From Callorhinchus milii (lineage: Eukaryota): a stretch of DNA of 64,000 nucleotides. Location: positions 434,001 through 498,000 of the forward strand of contig NW_024704747.1 in assembly GCF_018977255.1 (NCBI RefSeq), in the 5' to 3' direction. The translations under genes and the position numbers were made by a program. This document shows positions 24,715-59,500 of this stretch, one piece after another. Every line of letters starts with the position of its first letter. Within the stretch, counting starts at the first letter, position 1. The notes below the pieces were generated by a model. The model had not been told where the DNA came from, did no database searches, and worked only from the letters and a program-made list of their open reading frames with translations.

Positions 24715-24800
24715 TCATGTGACCGCAAGCTCCGCCCCTCCAGCACCAGCGCCGGAAGTTCTTCACGGATCCACCGGAAGCTGTAGGGTTGCCAGGTAAC
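24715..24800 (+). promoter_or_regulatory. BCS1L promoter and first non-coding exon
   Basis: GC box CTCCGCCCC near 24730, tandem ETS/GABP sites CCGGAAG at 24752 and 24774 (typical of nuclear-encoded mitochondrial genes), donor CAG|GTAAC at 24795, acceptor TTTCAG near 25179 before the ATG exon. Confidence 0.65.
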
Positions 24801-25223
24801 CTCGTGTGTGAGGGGGGGACTATGTGTATGGGGAGCAGTGTGTGTGTGTGTGTGTGAGGGGGGAGGTGCGTGTGTGAGGGGTATGTGTGAGGGAAGCAGT
24901 GTGTGTGAGGGAAGCAGTGTGTGTGAGGGGAGCAGTGGGGGGGGGTCTATGTGTGTAAGGTGGGGCTGTGTGTGTGTGAGGGGCTGTGTGTGTGTGAGGG
25001 GAGCAGTGGGGGGGGGCTGTGTGTGTGTGAGGGGCTGTGTGTGTGTGAGGGGAGCAGTGTGTGTGAGGGGGGGGCTATGTGTGTGTGAGGGGAGCAGTGG
25101 GGGGGGGTCTATGTGTGTGTGAGGGGGGGGCTGTGTGTGTGTGAGGGGCTGTGTGTGTGCTCACGCTGTGCTGTTTCAGGCCTGGCTGCTGTACTGGATG
25201 GTGTGGCTCCTGTGACCCTCGAG

Positions 25224-28561
<3,338 letters not shown>

Positions 28562-28585
28562 AAAGGGCACAGTGACAATGTCACA

Positions 28586-28758
28586 GCACTGGGGATTGGC
28601 ACACTGGGCGGTGCTGGGGATTGGCACACTGGGCGATGCTGGGGATTGGCACACTGGGCGGTGCTGGGGATTGGCACACTGGGCGGTGCTGGGGATTGGC
28701 GCACTGGGCGGTGCTGGGGAGTGGCACACTGGGCGGTGCTGGGGAGTGGCACACTGGC
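28586..28758 (+). repeat. 25-bp minisatellite in the BCS1L 3' UTR
   Basis: GCTGGGGATTGGCACACTGGGCGGT, about 7 copies. Confidence 0.92.
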
Positions 28759-28773
28759 CTGGGCACATGAACA

Positions 28774-28779
28774 AATAAA
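28774..28779 (+). terminator. Candidate BCS1L polyA signal AATAAA
   Basis: AATAAA 213 nt after the stop codon with downstream GT-rich sequence; a second AATAAA at 29413. Confidence 0.55.
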
Positions 28780-30172
28780 CTCCATATACATTTCCGTTTG
28801 CTGTATAGTGTGTTTGCTTGTGTTGAGAGGTGTGTGTGCGCATATACTAAGATGTTATGTGTATGGGGGTAAGTGTGTGTAGGCATGCATTGGGAAGTGT
28901 GTGCGCGTGTATCTGTCCAAGTGTTTTGTTCTTTGCTTGTATTTGTACACTTGTGTGCAGTGCAAGTTATTGTGAGAAAACAATTGCCCAAATGGAGATA
29001 AAAACGGGGATATAATTCTAAAATTAAACATGCTATACAACGTAAAAAACATTACATTTGTAAAGCACCTTTCATATGGTGTATATAACAGGCAAATTTC
29101 CCTTATAAACACTTTATGTGTGTTCTGAAGCGTTTACAATATCAGGTTACATATTGCACTCTCATTGGACAATCCACCTGTCCCTTTGTTCTGGATCTTC
29201 TCCCTGGGAATAACATGATTTCCACATGTTATTAATGAGCCCACATTAGCTAATTATAACATTACATTATTAACAGTATAAATACTACACAAACTCAAAT
29301 ATGTGCAAACACACCAATCACAGTTGGCATTGGCTGCCAGTGTAACGGGGACGGGAGGGGGACCGACCCACAGTATTTGAGGCCATGTTCATGTGAGACT
29401 AAATCTCTAACCAATAAATACTTTAATTTAGGTCAAGCTTGTGACATGCAAGACACGTTGCAAACAGTCCTCCTTTACGGCTCTGAGCTCTCGGGGAAGC
29501 AGCGGAGACGTTTCCACTGGCCCTTGTTCTCCCTTGGTTATTGTCACTAGTGCTTTTACAGGAGCTCCTGACCCTCAGCGTCTGTCCCTCACTGTCTGTC
29601 ACTCCACTGACAGTGTGACACAGTTTGAAAGCCTGTGTGTGAAGTACAGTGAGGTGCTGTCACTCACTTAGTCTGAGGACTGTATGACCAGGACTTGAGG
29701 TCTTGATGCTCTTTCCAGAACGCCATGTAGCTGAGCATGAGGAACTTTCCCTTCTGGTGGACTGCGTTGGTGTGGGGGCAGAGGGAGCGCATTGGTATGG
29801 GGGCAGAGGGAGTGTGTTCGGGGAGGGGGGGGGAAAGATGGATAATGAGGTCACAGGGAAATTTCAGTGGAGATGATGCTGGTGTCACAAACGCACATTG
29901 CAGCTTTCACTCACTGCACTGCGACAGCTGTTAAAGAACAAGCGCTCCCTCTCTCTGGGATTACACCCCACATTCCTGGTCTGTGGGCTCCCACAACAGA
30001 GAAATATCACCCGGTAATAAGCTAGATTTATCAAGTTACAGTGAAGTGAGCTAGATCAGGAAGATTCCCGCGCCTTTAGTGACGGCGGCAAATAGAGGAA
30101 CAATTCATCAGTTTACCTTTTTTTTTGTTTTTTCTGTATTTTTCCCAATTGGGTTATTTGGTTCCTGGGGGC

Positions 30173-51219
<21,047 letters not shown>

Positions 51220-52195
51220 TTTGAAGAATTACCAGCTGAAAAACAAAATTAACACTTTTAATAAGGTAAACGGGACAAGCAATTTCAACTGATCATCAAG
51301 TCAATAAGGAACTATAAAATCAGCGCTATTTAAAAGAAGTTGTTGTTGGACCACAGTTGTCATCAACTGTAGTAGTTATTTCTTAGCAATATGTTTACCA
51401 GTATTCATAACTTCTGAAATTGTTTCTATTGCTCATCTAGATACAACAGCAACTTGCATTTATATAGCACACTTCACACAGGCAGCATCCCAGAATGCTT
51501 AAAGATACCTTGCTCAGATAGAATCATAGAATTTTACAGCTCGGAAGCGGGGAATCTGCCCATCATTTTTGGAGGTGCTATCCTTCGGAAGAGATGGATG
51601 CCTGTTCAAATGGACATTAAAGATAACTATGTAACCGTTTGAAAAAAGGTAGTAGGAAAGGTTTTCTGGAAGATAAGATCAGATGAACCGAAAAGGCCTT
51701 CTTCGTGCAAACTAATCTTGTTATCGTATGCTAGCCAATCTGTTGGGGGATAGGGGACCAGTGGAGCCTGATGAGTACTGAGGCTTGTCGAGTTTGCTGC
51801 AGGTGAGGATATGGGTGGGAGAGTCTTGAATCAGTTGGAGCATATCAATGGTGAAATTTAAGGGAGACCGGCGATGATGTAGTTGAAAAAGTTGAGTTGA
51901 GAGGTAGGAAAAACATGCATATTGGTAACATTTGAAATACAGGCATAGGCGATTGAATTCTATTCTTTGTTGCTTAATTGCTGCCTAGTTGCCAACAGTA
52001 AGAAATAATTTAAATGAAAGATATAGTCCACCTAACCTCACCTCAATGCAGCTGAAACCCATTCATTCCTTTGGAAACTCTAGACTTTGTTTGTCAAACA
52101 TACTCCTTGCCAGTCTTTCCATAAGGTCCAGCTTATACAATATTCCCCAGCCATAATCATCTTCCACACAAGTCTCTGTGTACTCATTCTCCCCC

Positions 52196-53157
52196 ATCTA
52201 TATAAATGACCTGGATTTGGGTATAAGGAGTACAATTTCCAAGTTTGCAATGATACTAAGCTATGAAAAGTAGTAAACAGTGAGGAGGACACTAGCAGAC
52301 TGCAAATGGACATAGACAGACTGGTAACATGGGCAGACACGTGGCAGATGAAGTTTAATGTGGAGAAATGCGAAGTGATCCATTTTAGGAGGAGGAATGA
52401 GGAGAGGCAATATAAGCTGATGGTACAAACTTAAAGGGGGTGAAGGAACAGATATATAATAATAATAATCCTTGCATTTGATATAGCGCTTTTCACATCT
52501 TCTAGACGTCTCAAAGCGCTTCACAGAATATACTGTAAAGTGAATTGACTGTATTTTTGTGGGCGAACGCGGCAGCCAATTGCGCACAGCAGTGTCCCAC
52601 AAACAGTCGTAGACCTGGGGGTTCATATAAGTAAATCTTTGAAGGTGGCAAGATAGGTAGATAAAGCTGTTAAAAATGCATATGGAACACTAGGCTTTAT
52701 AAATAGGGGCAAAGAGGACAAAAGTCAGGAGGTTATCAGGAGAGGCGAGAGAAGCTAGGATTGTTCTCCTTGGAGCAGAGATTACGAGGAGACTTAATTG
52801 AAGTTTTCAAAATTATGAGGAGGAACGAGGAGAAACTATTCCCACTGGCGGGTGGGTCGGTAACCCGAGGACACCGATTTAAAATAGTTGTTAAAAGAAA
52901 CAGAGGAGAGGTGAAGAGAAATGTTTTCACACAGCGAGTTGTCGGGCTCTGGAATGCAATTCGCTGAAAGGCTGGTGGAAGCTGATTCGATAACAATTTT
53001 TAAGAGTAGATAATTATTTGGGGAAGACAAGTTTATAGGGCTATGGGGAGAGAGCGGGGGAGTGGGATTGAATTGGAAGCTCTTTTCAAGGAGCCGGCAC
53101 AGACACGATGGGCCGAATGGCCTCCTTTTGCACTGTATAATTCCATGATTCTATGAT
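52196..53157 (+). mobile_element. CR1 LINE 3' part, interrupted by an inverted SINE tail (about 52455-52612)
   Basis: YINDLD..SKFA.DTKL, WADTWQMKFNVEKCEVIH, FSLEQRLRGDLIEVFKIM, TRGHRFK; 3' end GGGCCGAATGGCCTCC...ATGATTCTATGAT. Confidence 0.9.
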
Positions 53158-53399
53158 CTTCAAAAGGCTCCATTGACTCCCTGTCCCCCTCGTTACTAAT
53201 GGGTCTTTATCCTGAACTTCAAGTCCACTTAGCCCCACACTGACTCCCTCCGCAACCTCCTCCAGCCCCGATGCACTCTTGGGCCTTCTGCACACCCTCA
53301 CACACTGAGCTTTCAGCCACTGCTCCCCAACTCTCTGCCCCCCCACGTCCTTCCCCAGGACCCCTTGCCCCTTCCCAGGAGCCCTCCCCAAGAGCCCAT

Positions 53400-53570
53400 G
53401 CCCCCTCACGCCCCTCCCCCAGCCCCCTCACGCCCCTCCCCCAGCCCCCTCACGCCCCTCCCCCAGCCCCCTCCCGCCCCTCCCCCAGCCCCCTCCCGCC
53501 CCTCCCCCAGCCCCCTCACGCCCCTCCCCCAGCCCCCTCCCGCCCCTCCCCCAGCCCCTCACGCCCCTGC
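53400..53570. repeat. 22-bp C-rich minisatellite (G-rich on the ABCB6 sense strand)
   Basis: CCCCTCACGCCCCTCCCCCAGC, about 7 copies. Confidence 0.9.
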
Positions 53571-53613
53571 CCACACCGTTCCTGTGAGGCCCTCTCACCG
53601 CACACCGCTTTAC

Positions 53614-53790
53614 CTCGTCATTCAGGCGGCACCTGAGTGTACAGTACAGCCGCCCTGTGGCCGCTTAAACCGGAGTCTGACCGCGATCAGCGGAAATAGC
53701 CGATCAGAGTCACAGTGGGTGGAGGCGAGACTCGAGACTCGGCAATCCCCGCCCCCACCCGCCCCCACCCGCCCCGCCCCCACCCGCTGG
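53614..53790 (-). promoter_or_regulatory. Candidate ABCB6 promoter and non-coding first exon
   Basis: CpG-rich patch with clustered GC boxes (53747-53785). Donor GAG|GTAAAG at 53614/53613 on - strand pairs with the acceptor TTTTTCAG 16 nt upstream of the ABCB6 ATG (exon starts 51235). Confidence 0.6.
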
Positions 53791-53899
53791 GTCCTAGAAG
53801 CCGCCGATGACATTTTGATTAAACAATCCTACAGTTTAGTCCTGGGGCCAACTGCCTGTTGTTGGATCTTCGGGACTGTGGGTTATGTATCACTGTGTA

Positions 53900-55160
53900 C
53901 CTCACATCAGAAAATGGCTAAAGTGCACTACAAAGGGCCCGGGCAAACTTTTACAGTCATTGCACCAGACCAAACTGCTTTACTCCTCAGGCATGAAAAA
54001 TCACCTATCTCAACCAATTTGTACTCTATAAGCATTCTCTCAATCATTAGTAAAGTGATGGATGGAATTGTTAACAATGTCCTCTCACCTCAGGGTTAGA
54101 AGGTTGTGGGTTCAAGCCCCATATCGGACTTGGAATTTGCATAGTCCATGTTGACACTCCAATGTTGTGCTGGGGTGTGTTGCATTTTTGGAGGTGCCAT
54201 CCTTCGAATGAGACATTAATCCTATACCTGTCTGCCTGTCCAGGTCCCATGGCACTATTTAAAAAGAGAAGAAAGTTGTTGCTGGTGTCCTGGCCAACAA
54301 TCCCGCAAATAAAATTAGTCATTCACTTCATGGCTGTTTGTGGGACATTGCTGTGCACCAAGGTAGCTGCCACATTCACCCAAAAAACATAGGCAGTCAC
54401 ACCACTTTACAATATACTGCGTGAAGCATTTTGAGACTTCTCCGTGATGTGATAAGGCTCTATATTGAATGCAAAGTTTATTATTATTATCAAGAAGCAC
54501 CTGCTATCCAATGACCAGTCCACAGCTGCAACAGACCTGGTCACATCCCTGATCCAAAAATAGACTTGAGCTGAATGTCAGAGGAGGTGAGAGTGACTAC
54601 TCTCGGCATCAAGAAAGCATTTGACTAAATATGGCACCAATGAGCCCAAGCAAATCGAAGGTCAATAGGAGTCAGAGAGAAAACTCACCAGTAGCTGGAG
54701 TCATACCTTGATGGTTGTAGTTATCATAGAACAATTATCCCAGAACATAGAGGAGCTCCTTTGCCCTATCAACTTCAGCTGGCTTATCAATTAAGTCTCT
54801 ATTGTAAGATATTTTTCTTGGGATGTGGATGACACTGGTAGAGTTAGCAGTTATTGTTCATTCCTAGAGTAGATCAGGTAGTGGGACTATTGGCTGATGT
54901 TTCCAGATTATTCAGCTCCATTCCAACACATCTAACGACAACAAATTACACTTGTATGACACACTTCACATAGGAAAGACATCCAAATGAAGCAAGACAT
55001 GGATAATATCCAGGCTTGGGCTGACAAGTGTCAGGAAACATTCACGTCACATAAGTGTCAGGCTATGACTATCTCCTACAACAAAGAGTCCAACCACCTC
55101 CCCCTCAATGGCACAATCACCATCAACATTCTTGGAGTCAGCATTGATGAAAAGCTTCAC
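53900..55160 (+). mobile_element. Highly decayed LINE RT of a further CR1/L2-like family, split by a DeuSINE
   Basis: ISILSIISKVMDGIVN, DIKKAFD-like segment, WLESYL, NILGVSIDEKL. Confidence 0.65.
54082..54490 (+). mobile_element. Deu-domain SINE (DeuSINE-like)
   Basis: AGAAGGTTGTGGGTTCAAGCCCC head, CCCATGGCACTATTT...GTCCTGGCCAACA core, shared L2-like tail. Other copies at about 8925-9258 (+), 12420-12560 (+), 30636-30860 (+), 42820-43170 (-), 46010-46442 (-), 49580-49875 (-). Confidence 0.75.
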
Positions 55161-55239
55161 TGCTGACCCTGCCCGTGTCTTCACATGCCAAGAAATTTGT
55201 AGAATAGAAAATCAGCAAAATAGAGAAAGCAATGAGAGC

Positions 55240-55575
55240 AATAATAAGCCTTGCATTTCATATAGCGCCTTATCACGTCTTTGAGACATCTCAAAGTGCT
55301 TCACAGAATATACTGTAAAGTGAATTGACTGTATATTTTGTGGGCGAAATGCGGCAGCCAATTGCGCACAGCAGCGTCCCACAAACAGTCGTGGAATGAG
55401 TGACTTTTTTTTAAGCAATTACTCCCCCCATAAAAACGATCCACCAACAACTTGGTTCCTACTTACTGCTGGGTAAACAGAGGCGTGTGGAGTAAGGAAC
55501 ATGCCCCAGCGGGACTGAACTCAGGCTCTCTCGCTTGCGAGCCGAGTGCTCTAATCACTGAGCTACAGGACTCCA
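55240..55575 (-). mobile_element. tRNA-derived SINE, related subfamily
   Basis: Same head and tail, longer middle segment (CCTCTGTTTACCCAGCAGTAAG). Confidence 0.85.
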
Positions 55576-56071
55576 CTATAGCATGTAGCAATAGCATATA
55601 ACTAAACTAAAAGCATGCGGAACCATCACCGAGGTGAGGTCATGATGACTGAAGAACAGATGATGGAATATCTGAGGAAATGATGCCAAGACTGCCCCCA
55701 GCTCGGGTCCGTAGCTCTGTCTGTCCAGCGCCTTGGGACATCCCCCAACCTGAGAGGCGCTTTACATGTGTAATTTTGTTGTTGTTGGAGAGGAGCCTCT
55801 GAGTAGATGAGCTTATGATTGAGAGTCAGAGGAGAGCAATGATTGAGAAGATGCTGCCATTACTGAGATACTCAGAGCCACCACAGCAGAGATACTTGGC
55901 ACCGCCATGGCTGAGGGGCTGAGGCCCTCTCGGGTTAGTGGCGGGAAAGCGGCGGGTGGGCGGGGCTCACGTGCTGAGCACGAACTGCCTCGCGCTCCAG
56001 TGACCGTTGGCTGCGCGCGCCGCCTGAACGCGTGTTTTCGGTCGAATCGCCTCGTAGATATAACGGCCGCC

Positions 56072-56472
56072 CGCACTGCCCCCGCACCGACACCCTGACC
56101 CCCACACCGCCCCCGCACCGACACCCTGACCCCCACACCGCCCCCGCACCGACACCCTGACCCCCACACCGCCCCCGCACCGACACCCTGACCCCCACAC
56201 CGCCCCCGCACCGACACCCTGACCCCCACACCGCCTCCGCACCGACACCCCGCACTGCCCCCGCACCGACACCCTGACCCCCACACCCCGCACTGCCCCC
56301 GCACCGACACCCTGACCCCCACACCCCGCACTGCCCCCGCACCGACACCCTGACCCCCACACCCCGCACTGCCCCCGCACCGACACCCTGACCCCCACAC
56401 CCCGCACTGCCCCCGCACCGACACCCTGACCCCCACACCCGCTTCCCGCACTGCCCCCGCACCGACACCCTG
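56072..56472. repeat. 31/39-bp C-rich minisatellite upstream of the IF-gene ATG
   Basis: CCGCCCCCGCACCGACACCCTGACCCCCACA and a longer variant containing CCCCGCACTG, about 11 copies. Confidence 0.93.
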
Positions 56473-56562
56473 GACACTGACCGCCACACCCTGGACACCC
56501 GCCGTCCGGCCGGCAACACCCAGCTTCCCTTTACTTATTTGCAATAAATTAGTGAGGAAGAA

Positions 56563-59500
56563 ATGGCAACGGCGAGAGCTCCCGAGCGCGGCAACATGCA
56601 CCCGGCATGTGCGAGGCCCGTGGCCACTTGCCTTGACAAGAGTGGGGAGCTGGTGGAGCGGGAGCTGCATGACGGCCTGGAGGACGGCAAGGAACGCTTT
56701 AAAGACCTGAATGATCGCTTCGCCAAGTACATCAACAACACCATCCTCAGTCTGATGCGCAAAAACAAGGAGCTGCTGTCCGAGCTCAAACTGGCCGAGA
56801 AGGAGGAGAGCAGTCGCGTCGAAGCCATATTCCTGAGAGCTCGCTGCGACCTGAAGATAAAGCTGGACGAACACCAGAAAGAGCTGTCCGCCCTGAAGTC
56901 AGAAAAGGACAAGTACAAAAAGAGGTGCTTTCTTTCAGTCTGAGTTTGCTCAGAGAAATATTTTTGCAGATCGGCGCGATGCACATCTGTTTGCCGACAG
57001 AACCTTCTATTTGCAACTTTTTGTTTTCAATATACGATTATGAACAATTAGAAATTTGGGTTCAAATTCATAAACAAGAGGTCATATCTTCAAAATTAGG
57101 ACAAAAAAAAGAAAATATTATACATATGTCTTTAGCAAACGGGTGATAGATATGTTGAACAAACGTATGCACAGGTGGTGGATGAACACAAAGTACCAAT
57201 GGTTTCAAAAAGTAACTCAACAATTTTTCTATGAGCTAAAACAAGTCTGGGTCAGTGATGTATTTCAAAGGAAAGCCATGCAATTTGAAGGAATTGTTTT
57301 AGTATTTTAAATTGATCAATTTCTGCCTCAAATAAATAATAGTAATCCTTGCATTTGATATAGCGCTTTTCACGTTTTCTCGACATCTCAAAGCGCTTCA
57401 CAGAATAGACTGTAAAGTGAATTGACTGTATATTTGTGGGCAAATGTGGCAGCTGATTGCGCACAGCAATGACCCACAAACAGTCGTGGATTGAAAATGA
57501 CCAATTTTTTATTGTTTTGTTTTGGAGGGATTATTATTAGGCGTGTGGAGTAAGGAAACTTGCCCAAGGTGTCGCCCTGCCTGGAATTGAACCCAGGTGC
57601 CTCGCTTGCAAAGCGAGTGCTCTAACCACTGAGCTACAGGACTACAATTACTATCCTGTTTGTGAATATTTGGGCGAAGCTTTAGATCTGGAGTTATGGA
57701 GATCATGAAATTGAACGTGGATGGTGATGAGATAAGATAAGCTCAGCATTAGTGAAGGAGGAAAGTATCTGAATATCACCAGGATAGTTCTGCTAAAACA
57801 GGTAGTTGATGAGGAAAATGTGCACAGAAGTAACAAAATTGTGGTGTCTTACAACAAATAGTTAAAGGATATATAATTGATGAGATCCTGTATATATTGA
57901 TTCTTTGTTATCTCCCGCCTCTCCCATATTCCCTGCTTAATGTCCAGCACCATCTATGTAAAGTATGTTGAAATGTTAATCTATATGAAACTCTCTATAT
58001 AAATGCAAGTTGTTATTGAGGCATAGAAGACAAACTTGACAAAACAAAGAGGCAATGTTGAAATTGTATAACAACAACTTGTTATAAGAGTGCCCTTCAC
58101 ATGAGATAATATCGCGGAATACTTCACAGTGGTGGGTTGGACGCTGAACAAGGGAGAAGGGGAGGGAGAAGCTGACCATAGGAGCAGGCGAAGAGATAGG
58201 TTTTAAGGTGGGATTTAAAGAAAGCTAGAGAGGGGGGCGTGTTGGAGAGTTAGCGACGAGATTTCCAGAAGTTAGCATGTAATAACTGAAGGCTTAGCCG
58301 CTGATGGTGAGGTGGAGGCAAGGGACGCACAGAAGGCCTGTTCAACAAAAACAACAAAAAACATTTCTATAGTACCTTTCACATCAGAAGGACATCCCAA
58401 AGCACTGGACAGTTAAGGGTTTGCTGGAGTTTGGAATCAGGAGGGGTGAAGGGTAGTGGTGGGGGTGGGAGCGGGTCCGATAGTAGGATCAAAGAGGAGT
58501 CTTGAGACGGGCTTTGAAGGAGGCGAGCGAGAGGATGAGGTGGAGGGATTCTGGGAGGGAGTTCCAGAGGGTGGGAGCAGAAAAGCTGAAGATCCGACCA
58601 CCGATGGTGGTGGGGGGGGCAGGGTGGGTGCCATGAAGTATGCCAGTGCCCACCAAGCGAAGGGAGCAGACAGGTTGGTACAGTGTTAATAAAGAAAGTG
58701 TAAAAATATTTTAAAAAGGGCCAGAGGCTTTCCTACTTTGTTGTCCATTTCAATGATTCATGCTTTTTGTTACAGATTAGAAAAAGACATTCAACAAAGA
58801 AAGGAATGTGAAAAAGATTTTGAAGAGTTAAAAAAGGCAAGTATATTTCTTAACCAATGATACCAACCATTTCTCGTGGTCAATAAATTTATTCTTCACA
58901 TAACATAGAATCAGACCTCAGACATCTAAAATGAAATGTCTGTTTCCAACTATGATAGTTAACTATGATATTGGCGAATTGTATTCATGATGTTAAATGC
59001 AGTTTGTTTTAAGATTCGTAGTTTGGGAGAAAGCACAGATCCCAAATTAGGCAAGTGCAAGTGAAAGTCTGATGAGCAAAACAAGCCCTAGGGCTCTGTT
59101 AAGTTGCATCCCAGAATGTGAGGGAAAATCAGGAGGAGATAGTAGTCTCTGATTTTCCATACGTCCTTAGAGACTAGTCAGATGCCAGAGGTTTGGAGGT
59201 GGCTTAGGTGGTGCCACTGTTCAAGAAGGGTGCTAAAAATAAGCCATGGAACTGCAGGCCAGTTAGCCATACATCAGTTGTGGGTAAACCTCTGGAGGCA
59301 ATATAAGAGACTAGATATGGAGTCCTGTAGCTCACTGGTTAGAGCACTCGCTTTGCAAGCGAGAGACCTGGGTTCAATTCCAGGCAGGGCGAAACCTTGG
59401 GCAAGTTTCTTTACTCCACACGCCTAATAATAATCCCTCCAAAAAACCCAAAACAATAATAAATTGGTCATTTTCAATCTATGACTGTTTGTGGGACATT

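Noticed and set aside
29660-29888. Minus-strand exon-like ORF (KGKFLMLSYMAFWKEHQ) ending near a GTGAGT
   Set aside because: Falls in the probable ABCB6 3' UTR; no recognisable family or partner exon.
55813-56874. 353-aa minus-strand ORF
   Set aside because: Antisense shadow of IF exon 1 plus a stop-free minisatellite; no recognisable domain.
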